A stretch of DNA of 63,333 nt, the filler included, from Squatina squatina (Eukaryota): NCBI GenBank assembly GCA_031763465.1. It is 4 parts of 3 records of this genome, joined end to end, with 100 filler letters (N's around TTAATTAATTAA, not from the genome) between each part and the next. Parts side by side here need not be neighbours in the genome. Positions count along the whole stretch, not along the records: positions 48,410 to 63,333 come from JARFOE010000098.1; 3 more parts are not named here. One strand, written 5' to 3'. Below are positions 51,293-63,333 of this stretch, piece after piece (within the stretch, counting starts at the first letter, position 1; each line of letters begins with the position of its first letter). A program made the translations under genes and the position numbers. The notes under the pieces are model-generated. The model ran no database searches. It saw only the letters and a program-made list of their open reading frames with translations, and had not been told where the DNA came from.

Positions 51293-51867
51293 TTGCACTT
51301 TTGTGTCTCATTCTCCCTTCTGCCTCTTTACGTTTTACATTCGTGGTTTCTTGCAGTCCTGTGAAGTGTCAGCACCCGGGGAAGGCGAGCCCAGAAACAC
51401 TGGCTCAGGCGTGGGTGAGTGAGCAGATTGCTAGGGGAGCGTTCGGGTTGCATTGTGCGACAGGTACACTTGTGCCAGGTGGGCGAGCGAGCAGGCATCA
51501 CAGAATAGTCTGGCACGCTTGTGGAGGGGTGAGCAGTTGCACTGAGGGCACTTGACACAGCTAGGCCTGGATGTACCCCAACTGGGTGGGCAAGAGAATG
51601 AGCTGGCNNNNNNNNNNNNNNNNNNNNNNNNNNNNNNNNNNNNNNNNNNNNNNNNNNNNNNNNNNNNNNNNNNNNNNNNNNNNNNNNNNNNNNNNNNNNN
51701 NNNNNNNGTGCACCAATGTTACAGTTGTAGGCACTGAACCTCCACTGGCCATGATCCCATCAGTTCTACTGGGACTGCACGCCAGCTGGCGCCCTCCAGT
51801 GCTGACCAAGCTTGAAACCAAAGAACTGTGTCCCTCCCTCAGTTTGCCCTTCCCTTCTAAAACAGGG

Positions 51868-52030
51868 TCATTATCTCATTGGTTTTTGTGGGAGCTTGCT
51901 GTGCACAAATTGGCTGCTGCATTTACCTACATTACAACAGTGCCTACCCTTCAAAAGTGTTTCATTGGCTGTAAAGCGCTTTGGGACGTCCTAGGGATGT
52001 GAAAGGTCCTACATGCATGTGAGTTCTTTC
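51868..52030 (+). mobile_element. Deu-SINE 3' half
   Basis: tgtgggagcttgctgtgcacaaattggctgc...gctgtaaagcgctttggga. Confidence 0.75.
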
Positions 52031-52054
52031 CTTCCCCCGACAGGCATGTAAGAC

Positions 52055-52156
52055 CAGCTGCCCTCTGACCCCTCCTTCAAGTGGCATCAGCTGTCCTCTG
52101 ACCCACCCCTTCAAGTGGCATCAGCTGCCCTCTGACCCCCCCTTCAAGTGGCTGTC
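52055..52156 (+). repeat. About 33-bp tandem repeat x3
   Basis: cagctgccctctgacccc..ccttcaagtggc three times. Confidence 0.85.
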
Positions 52157-52686
52157 CTTCATCCTTGTTCCTAGAAGACGAGTCGGTGGAATATTCAAAT
52201 ATGGAGGGGAGGAGAGTTGAGCCTGATCCCATCATTCACACACACGGGCTATTAGGTGGCAATCAGGAGCAGAAAGTTCCCTGTGCTCACGCCGGGATAC
52301 TGAGGCCAATTGCAGCCGGTCTGTTGCCCCGGCTGAGACCTGCTAATGGGATTGAGGTGTTGACCCTGCGACCCTTCTCTCCAGCGCCCCCGGCCTGTGC
52401 TGGGAACGCGCTCCGTGACATTGGACACTGCCGATCTGCTCTTGGCCACCATTACAGGCACACGTCAGGGGCACAGAATCGGAGTTTATAATCTTCATGG
52501 ATTAATAGCAAGCGGGGACATCTACCTACTGTTTGAAAGCCCAGGGGTATGTTGTAAGAGAAGTGCTCCACCATTCCTGGTTCAGTNNNNNNNNNNNNNN
52601 NNNNNNNNNNNNNNNNNNNNNNNNNNNNNNNNNNNNNNNNNNNNNNNNNNNNNNNNNNNNNNNNNNNNNNNNNNNNNNNNNNNNNN

Positions 52687-52968
52687 CAGATAATCTTGTC
52701 TTTTTTAGTGATGTTGGTTGAGGGATAAATATTGGCCAGGACACCTCTTCTTTGAAATAGTGCTGTGCGATCTTTTACGCCCACCCGAGAGGGCAGACAG
52801 GGCCTTGGTTTAACATCTCATCCAAAAGACCTCTGTCAGTGCAGCACGCCCCTCAGTGCTGGCACTGGAGTGCCAGCCGAGATTACATGCTCAAGTCTCA
52901 TGGAGTGGCTCTTGAACCCACAACCTTCCTACACAGGGGCAAGTGTGCGAGCCAGTGAGTCACAGCTG
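52687..52968 (-). mobile_element. Deu-SINE 5' half
   Basis: Colinear with 14040-14321. Confidence 0.75.
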
Positions 52969-53825
52969 ACGCGCAAGTAGAGACAAAACCTGTGGAATCA
53001 TTCAGCAACAGTTAGATGGTGTGATGGAAGACTGGAAGGTCCACTGCGGTAGTTAGGAACTGTCAGATGGATGCCTCATCTCTATCTCTCTTGTACATCT
53101 CACTTCTAGTATTTCCTTTGTGTTGGCAGTTCAATCTTATTGCAATTACAAAGTCCAGAAACAGACCAGTCAGCCCAAGAGATCCATGCCGGTGATTATG
53201 TGCCACACCAACCTCCTCCCACCCCTCGATCTCCCCCGATCAACATATCCTTTTCATACATTATAACTGAACAAAGTGATTTCTGCAAAGCATGTGGCTA
53301 ATAACTGCCTGACCTGTATCGAACTGATACATGTAGATGGGACAATATTACAATCAGAACCAGTTCAGGAGGAAACACAAACAGCAATTAAAAATAATTT
53401 AAAGCAGCTCCAGGCTCGGCCTCCATGTGCGGTTCAGCTGACTCTCCCACCATGAGCCTCACATGTGTAACACCTGCACCAAGCTTTAAGAATGAATACA
53501 CAGCGACAGCACTCAAAAGACTAGACACAGAACAAAGCCAACCAGATATGTTAAGAAAGAAAGAACTTGCATTTCTATATCGCCTTTCAGAACCTCAGAA
53601 CATCCTAAAATGCTTCATAGCCAATTGAGTGTTTTGAAGTAACTGATGCAATTAGGAAACGTGGCAACCAATTTGCAAACAGCAGGATCCCACACACAGA
53701 GATAAATTATCCGATTTAGTGCCTGNNNNNNNNNNNNNNNNNNNNNNNNNNNNNNNNNNNNNNNNNNNNNNNNNNNNNNNNNNNNNNNNNNNNNNNNNNN
53801 NNNNNNNNNNNNNNNNNNNNNNNNN

Positions 53826-54010
53826 TTTCTCTGCTCTAAGGAGAACAATCCCAGCTTCTCTGACCTCTCCATATAACTGAAGTTTGGCATCCTTAATACC
53901 ATTCTAGTAAATCTCCTCTGTAGCCTCTCCAAGGCATTGACATCTTTCCTAAAGTGTGGTGCCCAGAATTGACCACCACACTCCAGCTGGGGCCAAACCA
54001 GCGTTTTCTA
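53826..54010 (-). mobile_element. CR1 ORF2 C-terminal fragment
   Basis: ERLQRRFTRMV...[11 protein letters not shown]. Confidence 0.85.
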
Positions 54011-54704
54011 AAGGGTGGGGATTCTTCACTAACCCTCCAAATAAATGCAAATCGGTAGGCTGGTCCCAACTGGACAAGCAGCAAGAACCTTGCCAGGCTG
54101 TGTGCTGGCATGCTTTCAGTTGGTTAAACTCCAGCAGTAATTTTAAGCCGATTTGGGATTGCTAAGGCTTGATTCTTATCAATCTATGCCTGAGGTTAGG
54201 TAAGTGGGGTGTGAGATGCTCTGAGGGATGAGTATGAACTCCATATGAAGCAAACAGAAACTCTACTTATGTGAATTTTTCCATAGCTTGGATTGGAGAC
54301 TGTTGAGATTAGTTATTTTCGTGTGCGTCAGCCACAAGCTGACCAAAAGAAATGAGGGGATTAGAACAGATCAGATGAAGATTTTTGTATGTTTATATCT
54401 GTACAGAAGTATAACTCAAAGTTTGCTTATGCAGCCTACAGTTCATTTAGGTTCAAGTGATGAACAGTTATCTTAACAATAAACAAAATGGTTGTTAGTT
54501 CAAAGAACTGAACGGCAGTACTGGGAGTGGGCTGATACTGACCAAGGGATCATTGGAACCTCTCTGAGGCTGTATGATTGAAAATGTATGTTCGCAAAAC
54601 AATTAGCAAGAAATAATATTTGCTAAGCACTCTGATTTATTCTACAGGCAAGCAAATAATTACAAAGCCTATAAATACAAAGGATATTCCATGTAAAATA
54701 AAAA

Positions 54705-55130
54705 GTGGCTCAGTTGGTCGCACTCTTGAAACTGAGTCAGTAGGTCATGGGCTCGTTGCACTTCTTAGACTTGAGCACAAATTCTAAGCTGACACTCCAG
54801 TGCAGTACTGAGGGAGTGCTGCACTGTCAGCGGTGCCATCTTTCAGATGAGATATTAAAGCAAGATCCAGTCTGCCCTCTCAGGTGGATGTAAAACATCA
54901 CATGGTACTATTTCAAAGAAGAGCAGGAAAGTTCTCCCTCAACCAAAATCTCTCAAAACAGATTATCTCGTCATTATCATATTGTTGTTTGTGGGATCTT
55001 GCTGTGTGCATTTGGCTGCCACGTTTCCTACATTACAACAGTGACTACACTTCAAAGGCTGTAAGGTGCATTGGGATGTCCAGAGGTTGTGAAAGGCGCT
55101 ATATAAATGCACGTTTTTTCTCTTCTTTCT
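54705..55130 (+). mobile_element. Full-length Deu-domain SINE (SacSINE1-like)
   Basis: tRNA head tggctcagttggt, Deu core, tail gaaaggcgctatataaatgca; partial copies at 53555-53710(-), 55420-55622, 57785-58050, 58465-58612(-). Confidence 0.82.
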
Positions 55131-56454
55131 TTACATTTACTGTCTTTTGAGATTAGGCGTTAGAAGGGCTGGGTGTGTGGCACCACCCAAGAACTCAGCA
55201 GCCACATCTGTGTAAGTACTCCCTTAGCACTTCCAATGGCCTGCAGAGGACAGGAAATCCCTCTCCATTTGATGTCTCAACGTGTTCAGGTGTTTTGAGT
55301 GAACAAGTTAGTGATTCTGNNNNNNNNNNNNNNNNNNNNNNNNNNNNNNNNNNNNNNNNNNNNNNNNNNNNNNNNNNNNNNNNNNNNNNNNNNNNNNNNN
55401 NNNNNNNNNNNNNNNNNNNTGCTGGCCAATATTTATCCCTCAACCAACATCGCTAAAACAGATCATCACATTGCTGGTTGTGGGAGCTTGTTGTGAGCAA
55501 ATTGGCTGCTGTGTTTCCTACATCTCAACAGTGACTACACTTCAAGGGTACTTCTTTGGCTGTAAAGTGCTTTGAAATGTCCTGAGGTCATGAAAGGCGC
55601 TATATAAATGTAAGTCTTTCTTTTGCTTACATGCAATGGGGTTAGATAGAAATGCACTCACTACAAGAACTCCCCTGATGGCTCAAAGGGGAAAATGCAC
55701 CACCCGATGTATTAGCAAAATGCTCAAATTAGGAAGCTCCCACGCTAAGTCTTTGATCTATGCAGATATAAACGGGGACATAGTTAGAGTGCTATAAGTG
55801 ACCTTAGCACCCCAGGCTAGGGAGATTAGAAAAACCAGTCAGGGTTCCAACAACCTGAGTGCTAATTCAGGCCCCATTGTGTGATGACCTCCAATGTTAA
55901 CCTGCCAAAGCTCATGGCTCAGGCTCACTCATGAAGAATGCCTTCTTGGGGTGAGGTACCCCAATGGGCTCCCTGTCCCCTTAGACCCATTACCATAGCA
56001 GATAGTCCACGTCTGGAGGATAAAACGATAAAGCAGGGTTTAGTTTGCTGTCAGGTAAAGCATTCACTGGGTCTGACACAAATCTCCCAACTCAAAGGAC
56101 AAGTGGGCTATGATGGCCAACTCCTTGAGCTGCTTACCTTTCACAATCTTTCAAGTCACGTCTTGAATCTTGTCTATAGATTGCTGCAGCATAATGGCTT
56201 TACTCTGTGGGGACTTAGTATAGTGGAGATAAAGACATAAACTGTGATTGCAGCAAATCGTAAATCAGAGCGGAAGTTGCTGGAGTTGCACAACAGGTCG
56301 GATTGGCATCTGAAAGACAAAGTGAGGTTAACGCTTCCAGCGTGGACCTCGGTGTGAGGTAGATTATTTATACCACAAACAGTTTACTTATACCATAAAC
56401 CAATTAGTTGTACTCAGATGATTAGTTATACCGTGATGCAATCTCAAAGGGCCC

Positions 56455-57412
56455 CACTTCCACTTCCGCATCATTGCCCACCCCAGCCCATGTGCTACTG
56501 AAACTCTTATCCATGCTTTTATCACCACCAGACTAAAATGCTCTCCTGGCCAGCCTTCTATCTTTCATGCTCTGTAAACTTCAACTCTTCCAAAACGCGA
56601 ATCCTATCTTGCACCAAGTGATNNNNNNNNNNGGCTGTGTCATCTCCAGATTTGATTACTCCAAAGCACCAATTGCCCCTCTCCCATTCTCCACCCTCCA
56701 TAAAAATCAACTCAGCCAAGTCTCTCCAGTCTTTATCTTATTCTGCACTAAGTCCAAATTGCCGACCTGCACCCCATCCGACCCACCCACCCTGTTCTCG
56801 CTGACCAACATTGGCTCTCGGCCCTCCAATTCCTCAAATTGAAAATTTCTCTAAGTTACAGCATGATCTTGCCGCTCCCTAACTCCATACCCTCTTCCAG
56901 TTCTCCAACCCTCCTCCCCGAACACTCCCTTCCTCTGACTCCACCTCTTATGTAATCCACCCTACTTTTCCCAACCATTGGCGGTTGTGCCTTCAGTCAC
57001 CGAGGCTCAATGCTCTGGAATCCCTGCACTAAACTCCAGTCCCTCTCTAATCTCCCTCCCTCCATAAAAGCCACTTCTTTTACCAAACTTTCTGTCGCTC
57101 TCCTCAGTGCCCCTTCATTTGGCTGGGTGTCTGATCTCTTCGCANNNNNNNNNNNNNNNNNNNNNNNNNNNNNNNNNNNNNNNNNNNNNNNNNNNNNNNN
57201 NNNNNNNNNNNNNNNNNNNNNNNNNNNNNNNNNNNNNNNNNNNNCCTCTTTTAAGACTCTCCTTAAAACCTACCTCTTTGACCAAGCTCTTGATCATCTG
57301 CCCTAATTTCTTTCGTGACTTGGTGTTCATTTTTTGTCTTAGAACACTCCTGTGAAGCGCCTTGGGACACTTTACTACGTTAAAGACGCTGTATGAGTAC
57401 AATTTGCTGTTG
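56455..57412 (+). mobile_element. L2 LINE 3' fragments (several, separated by gaps)
   Basis: ETLIHAFITTRL-like and SRFDYS-like remnants; tail aaaacctacctctttgaccaagct...gtgaagcgccttggga; further piece at 58840-59020. Confidence 0.7.
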
Positions 57413-59675
57413 ATGTCATCAATCAGAGTTGGACAAGAACAGAAACACAATGCCCCGTATACCGACGGATGTGGTAAGTATGGACCATACTGCAGTCCTT
57501 TAAGAAGGAACTTGACAAAATCCAAGAGGGAGGGCGACACTGAGGTGTGTGGGCTAATTAAGTCCGCCTTGCGGATGAAATTGGGCAAGGGTTTTTGTTC
57601 ACCTCCCCCCTGACAGTTAGTGTAATTGGTGATTGGGGAGGGCATTGCATGAGGATGCCCCACCTAGTGGATAACGTGAGCATTAATGGGTCCGACAAAC
57701 TTTTTCCTACCCCTCTCATCTGTTTATACTTTGCTATTTGTAAGAGGGTTGCAACTTTTCAATTTTTTTAAATAACGGGACAAAGATCCCACGACACTAC
57801 TTTGAGCAAGAGCAGGGGGGGTTCTCCTCGGTATTTTGGTCAACATTTATCCCTCAACTAACATCACTCAACCAGATGATCTGGTCACTATCACAGTGCT
57901 GTCTGTGGGACCTTGTTATGCTGAAATTAGCTGCCGCGGTTCCTACATTACAACAGTGACTACACTTCAAAAGTTTTTCTATGGCTGTAAAGTTCTTTGG
58001 GACGTCCTGAGGTAATGAAAGGCGCTATATAAATTCAAGTCTGTCTTTCTTTCCTTCAAAGAAGCAGCATTTGTAGCACAAGATCATAAGAACATAAGAA
58101 TTAGGAGCAAGAGCAGGCCATTCGGCCCTTCGAGCCTGGTCTGCTATCCAATAAGATCATGGCTGATTTTCAACCTCAACTCCACTTACCCGCCCGATCC
58201 CCATATCCCTTGGTTCCCCTAAAGTCCAAAAAGCTATCTATCTCAGCCTTGAATATACCCNNNNNNNNNNNNNNNNNNNNNNNNNNNNNNNNNNNNNNNN
58301 NNNNNNNNNNNNNNNNNNNNNNNNNNNNNNNNNNNNNNNNNNNNNNNNNNNNNNNNNNNNAAAAGTGCGTTCTTTTGAGCAGGGGCCCTTTGAGCTGCCT
58401 TCAGATCCCAGCTAACACCTCAGTTTCACTGCACTAGCAAATGCACTTTCAGTACAAATCTAGGAAGTCTTGCATTTATACAGCGCCTTTCATGACCACA
58501 GGACATCTCAAAGCGCTTTACAGCCAAGGAAGCACTTTTGAAGTCTAGTCACTGTTGTAATATAGGAAACGCAGCAGCCAATTTGTGCACAGAAGGATCC
58601 CACAAATAGCAATCTTTTACGGTTCTGCAATCCTGTTGATAAGTTTTTCCTACATTACAACAGGGACTACATTTCCAAATACTTTATTGGCTGTAAATGA
58701 AAGCTCTTTTCTTTTTCCCAGGTGCAGGATTGGCCTTGGCTGTGATATTCCTCCTGGTTGAATAGGCTGCCAATACTCACTGGCAAGGGCCTCACATCTG
58801 GATGTTGTGCAGGGTTGATTGGCACCTGTGAAACACTATGTCAGCCCTACAACCCTCCGAGAACTCTGTGTTTATCAAACTCTGGCATTCCTCATTTTCT
58901 TCGCCCCACCATTGGTGGCCATGCCTTCAGCTGTTCAGCTCTGGAATTCTCTCCCTAAACCCCTCCACCTCTCTACCTCTCTCTCTCTCTCCTCCTTTAA
59001 GACGCTCCTTAGAACCTATGGAGTGGGAAGCGAGAGGCCCGGGGAGACGACAACCGGCAGACGAGGAGCAGGGGAGTGAGGTGAATGAGGCTCAGGAAGC
59101 CAGAGTCCAGGGGCCCGAGGAGCCAGNNNNNNNNNNNNNNNNNNNNNNNNNNNNNNNNNNNNNNNNNNNNNNNNNNNNNNNNNNNNNNNNNNNNNNNNNN
59201 NNNNNNNNNNNNNNNNNNNNNNNNNNCCCTTAGGTAAGTACGTAAGGGAAATTGCAATCAGAGGCACCCACACGCAGGAAGCCTCCGATCGCAATTTCAG
59301 GCCTGATACATTTTTTCTAGAAGCAAGATTTTAATTATATAGATTTTTGAGTTTAAATTTACTTAATTTTAGTTCAGTGCTCATAACTGTATAAAGTTGT
59401 TTACTTGGCGCCTTAACTATGGGCTAGTTTCAGCTTATAATAGGATTCCACTGATCCCTGAGCCCCTCGGTTTGGGCGTGTGCTGGACCCAGACTAATTT
59501 CTAAGCCAATGTCTCCAGTGTGGCAGCACGACCGACCAACAGACATCTTCAGCATTAATATATTTCCATGACTCATTTAATCTCCAAAAAGTGAGAAAAC
59601 AAGCATACAGTGGCCTTCCTCCAGTCCCCTATTTACCGGTTCTTTTTTCCTCCTATTTCTCCCTCTCATTTCCAG

Positions 59676-61016
59676 TTCCCAGGAGCTGCTGCAGGAGATG
59701 AAGGCATTCATTAGCGGCACCGACCCGATCCATGGCCACAAGCTGACGGTGAAGGACCATGCCCGGTGCGGCATCTTGCTGCTGCGGAACCTGCCGCCGG
59801 CCCGGGGGGCGGTGCTGGAGCACCTCCGCGGCGTCTTCGACGAGTACGTCAGCGGCTACATCCTGGAGCTCAACCACGAGGGAGGGGGCGGTGGTGGAGG
59901 AGGGGGCGTGGGGCCCCTGGGCCGCCCGGGCCTGGACGACGTCACCCAGGAGATCCAGAGCGTGCTGTCGGAGTTCGTGCGCTCCAACCCCAAGGCCTGG
60001 GCCCCGCTGGTCTCGGCCTGGTCCATCGACCTGATGGGCCAGCTCAGCAGCAAGTACTCTGGCCGGCACCGGGTGCCTCACGCCAGCAGCCTCAACGAGC
60101 TGCTCCAGCTGTGGATGTCCTGCAAGGCCACCCGGGCCCTGATGGAGATCTACGTGCAGTGCCTGTCCTCCATGATCGGCAGCTGTCCGGACGCCTGCGT
60201 CGACGCGCTGCTGGACACCTCGGTCCAGCACTCGCCCCACTTTGACTGGGTGGTGGCCCACATCGGCTCGTCCTTCCCCAACACCATCATCAGCCGGGTG
60301 CTCTCCTGCGGCCTCAAGGACTTCTGCATGCACGGGGCCTCCTCAGCGGTGGACCCGCTCTTCCCCTCCTCGGCCGACAAGCGGGTGCCCAAGATCGCCT
60401 CGGTGGTAGGCATCCTTGGCCACCTGGCCACCCGCCACTCCGACAGCATCAAGCAGGAGCTGCTGCTGATGTTCCACGAGAGCCTGGGCCCAGCCCGGGA
60501 CCCCCAGCAGCAGGCCACCGTCCCCTTCCTGCTCCAGCTGGCCGCCATGTCGCCCATGCTGCTCAGCACGGTGTCGGGCGAGCTCATCGACTCGCTCAAG
60601 CCCTCCGTGCTGGACCAGCTCCACCAGCACTTTGCCGGGCTGGGCCGGGACGACGCGGAGAACCTGGTGGGGCTGGTGGTCCACCTGATCTGCCAGACGG
60701 GGCCCGGGGCCTACCGCATCCTGCAGTTCCTGGTCAACACTGCCATGCCGGCCTCGGTCATCACCACGCCGGGGCTGGCCGTGCGGGACAGCGTGCGAGA
60801 GGCCTGCCACCGCATCATCCAGCTGCTGCTGCTCAACCTGCAGAAGCTGGTGTACAACCGGGCCTCGGCCAGCCTGGCGGAGCCCCAGCCTCGGGCCGTG
60901 CCCTTCTTTGACGAGCTGAAGGGCCGAGTGCGGGACCTGTGCGTGGAGACCCTGCGACTGGAGCGCAAGCGCCACCTCTGGCAACACCAGCTGCTGGGCC
61001 TGCTCTGCGTCTACTG
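59676..61016 (+). CDS. INTS5: Integrator complex subunit 5, large second exon (3' truncated by gap)
   Basis: Polypyrimidine-TCCAG acceptor; [14 protein letters not shown]...[24 protein letters not shown]...[24 protein letters not shown]...[10 protein letters not shown] matches INTS5. Confidence 0.95.
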
Positions 61017-61116
61017 NNNNNNNNNNNNNNNNNNNNNNNNNNNNNNNNNNNNNNNNNNNNNNNNNNNNNNNNNNNNNNNNNNNNNNNNNNNNNNNNNNNN
61101 NNNNNNNNNNNNNNNN

Positions 61117-61338
61117 CGATCAAATCTCCTCTCAACCTTCTCTGCTCCAAGGAGAACAACCCCAGCTTCTCCAGTCTCTCCACGTAACTGAAGCCCCTCA
61201 TCCCTGGAACCATTCCTGTAAATCTTTTCTGCACCTTCACTAAGGCCTTCACATCCTTCCTAAAGTGCGGGGCCCAGAATTGGACACAACGCTCCAGATG
61301 AGGCCGAACCAGTGTTTTATAAAGTTCATCATAACTTC
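61117..61338 (-). mobile_element. CR1 ORF2 C-terminal fragment
   Basis: [25 protein letters not shown]...[16 protein letters not shown]. Confidence 0.9.
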
Positions 61339-61949
61339 CTTCCTGAGGCCAGGTTTTCATTTGTTCTTCCTTCACGTGTTGTGCAGTCAGAGTAATATTT
61401 TGATGAGTGTTGATTGAGGGCACATACTTTGCCTAAGTTAATCAAACTTTAATCACATATTACCCTCCTCTAGGAACTTCACTAATCTTCCGAAGGACCC
61501 TGAAACTGAAGCATAAAGTTGGGCATAAAATTAATGACAAGTTTAATTCTAAAAATCATCAGGCTTTTGTACAAATGCACAGTACATTAGTCCTCAAACC
61601 ATATTGGCATTGGTGAGGGCCACTGACTCAGTGTTAGAATCAAGGGTTGAAGGACTAAACCTTATCAAGGCCAGGTTTTACACTCCTAGTTCTGGTTCCA
61701 TGGATTTCTTTGGAACGGTTATTTTAGAAGTAACTCATTTGGATGAAATTGGGATGGTCCCGACCTGTGGTGGACGAGTCCGAGGAGGACAAGAGTAGCT
61801 CGGCTTGCAGTTCCAAGGCCAACATCTGCTCTGCCAGTAAGATCTATTACTTCACAGCTTATTGAGCAGGATGACCCTTGCATCGCTATCTCAAGACTTT
61901 TGCTGGAAACATTCATGTCTAGGCTCACTTGGACAATGTATAGTACAGC

Positions 61950-62352
61950 ATTTTTTTTTATTCGTTTCTGGGATGCGGACGTCGCTGGCTGACATTTATT
62001 GCCCATCCCTAAGTTGCTCTTGAGAAGGTGGTGAAGGCCTTCTTGAACTGTAGGGGGCAGTTAAGAGTCAACCACATTGCTGTGGGTCTGGAGTCACATA
62101 TAGGCCAGACCGGGTAAGGACGGCAGATTCCCTTCCCTAAAGGACATTAGTGATGGGTTTTTATGACAATCCGATAGTTTCATGGTCACCATTACTGACA
62201 CTAGCTTTTTTTTTTAAATTCCAGATTTATTTAATTAATTAAATTTAAATTCCCCAGCTGCTGTGGTGGGATTTGAATTCACATCTCTGTGATAATTAGT
62301 TCAGGCCTCTGGATTACTAGTCTAGTAACAAGACCATTATGCTACCATACCA
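61950..62352 (-). mobile_element. tRNA-derived SINE of a second family, near full length
   Basis: Reverse strand head ggtagcataatgg (box A) and gaattcaaatccc (box B); A-rich tail; tail fragment also at 26878-26962. Confidence 0.7.
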
Positions 62353-63149
62353 GTGATTTGATGGCTATGGTACTACATTGCACATCTCCAGGAGAGGAGG
62401 GGAGGCAATAAAGATGCTCAGGAAAAGAACTCTTACTGGACAACACTCTATCAGTCAGCAATTGCTTGAGCCATGAAACTAAGAGGACCTCAGTACTACC
62501 AACACTTGAACAATAGACGGTTTGTTAATCTGTTCTTGTTACTGTAAGTTGATATTCTGCTCATTAACTGTCATTTTACAAAGGGATCAGTAGGAGTGCT
62601 GTAATAATCTAGGGAATTTCATTTCTCAAGATTAGTTTAGGCACAAAGCAGACCCATTAAAGTCTTTAATTAATTGAATTTTCTATGCACCTGGGTCTGT
62701 CTGTCAGGAGACGGATTTCATAATTGCAACATTAACTGGCTGCCCTTAAAGATAAGTTAAGTTATTGTTAAAAAATAAAGCGTAGGTGACTTTTAAAGTG
62801 ATGTACATATCTTGCTACATGTCTTGTAGAGGCATTAATATCTATGGAACAAAGATTTTCAGTATAGTAAACTGAAATTGTTATCGGTGGAGCTAAACTG
62901 ACTGGAGGTGATCAGGAAGGTGGATTTCTGCAAACAGTTCCCTTTGTCATGGTCCTCAACTGAATGGATCAGCTAAAGACCACAGTGACTGCAAAGTCTC
63001 AGTAAACCGAGCTCTGAACGTATCTCGGTGACCATTACAGAGAATTCATTCAACATATTAAATTCTGTTCAGAGATTCTCACAGTGGGACTGGTCTAAAG
63101 CATATTAATGAGTAGAATCATAGAATAACACATCACAGAAAGAGGTTAG

Positions 63150-63333
63150 TCCTAAACACTCGCTGTGTAAAAAAGTTTTTCCTCATATCGCCTTTGGTTG
63201 TTTTGCCAATCACCTTCAATCTGTGTCCTTTCGTTACCGACCCTGCAAACATTGGAAACAGTTTCTCTCGATCTACTCTGTCCAGACCCCTCGTGATTTT
63301 GAACACCTCGATCAAATCTCCTCTCAACCTTCT
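63150..63333 (-). mobile_element. CR1 ORF2 3' fragment
   Basis: RGDLIEVFKITRGLDRVDREKLFP...RKNFFTQRV. Confidence 0.88.

Noticed and set aside
59653-60987. Long antisense and alternative-frame ORFs over INTS5
   Set aside because: Expected shadow of high-GC3 codon usage
61117-61191. Apparent C-terminus of the 497-aa INTS5 ORF
   Set aside because: Post-gap sequence is antisense CR1, not INTS5

Overview
Eukaryotic, not prokaryotic: gap-rich genomic DNA from a cartilaginous fish (shark), judged from its SINE/CR1/L2/RTE repeats and vertebrate exons. Four unrelated scaffolds are joined by artificial 44N-TTAATTAATTAA-44N linkers (17721, 35185, 48354), and each scaffold is made of short contigs separated mostly by unsized 100-N gaps. 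Block 1 (1-17676): one TMTC1 TPR exon (-) and exon 1 of a D-type cyclin that looks most like CCND3 (+). Block 2 (17777-35140): the ZNF711(+)/POF1B(-)/CHM(-) synteny block known from human Xq21, with a complete ZFX zinc-finger exon inserted after the truncated ZNF711 exon. Block 3 (35221-48309): four exons of a divergent SEMA3D-like semaphorin. Block 4 (48410-63333): very repeat-dense, with the GC-rich large exon of INTS5. No CRISPR array, RNA gene or new multi-gene system is supported. The best leads are: the ZNF711/ZFX pair (possible inter-paralog homogenisation, half-decayed finger 3), an altered furin site in the SEMA3D-like gene, an early stop in POF1B, and hAT MITEs carrying NRF1-type motifs. 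All comparisons to human, chicken or Repbase sequences are from memory and need database confirmation; repeat boundaries are approximate.
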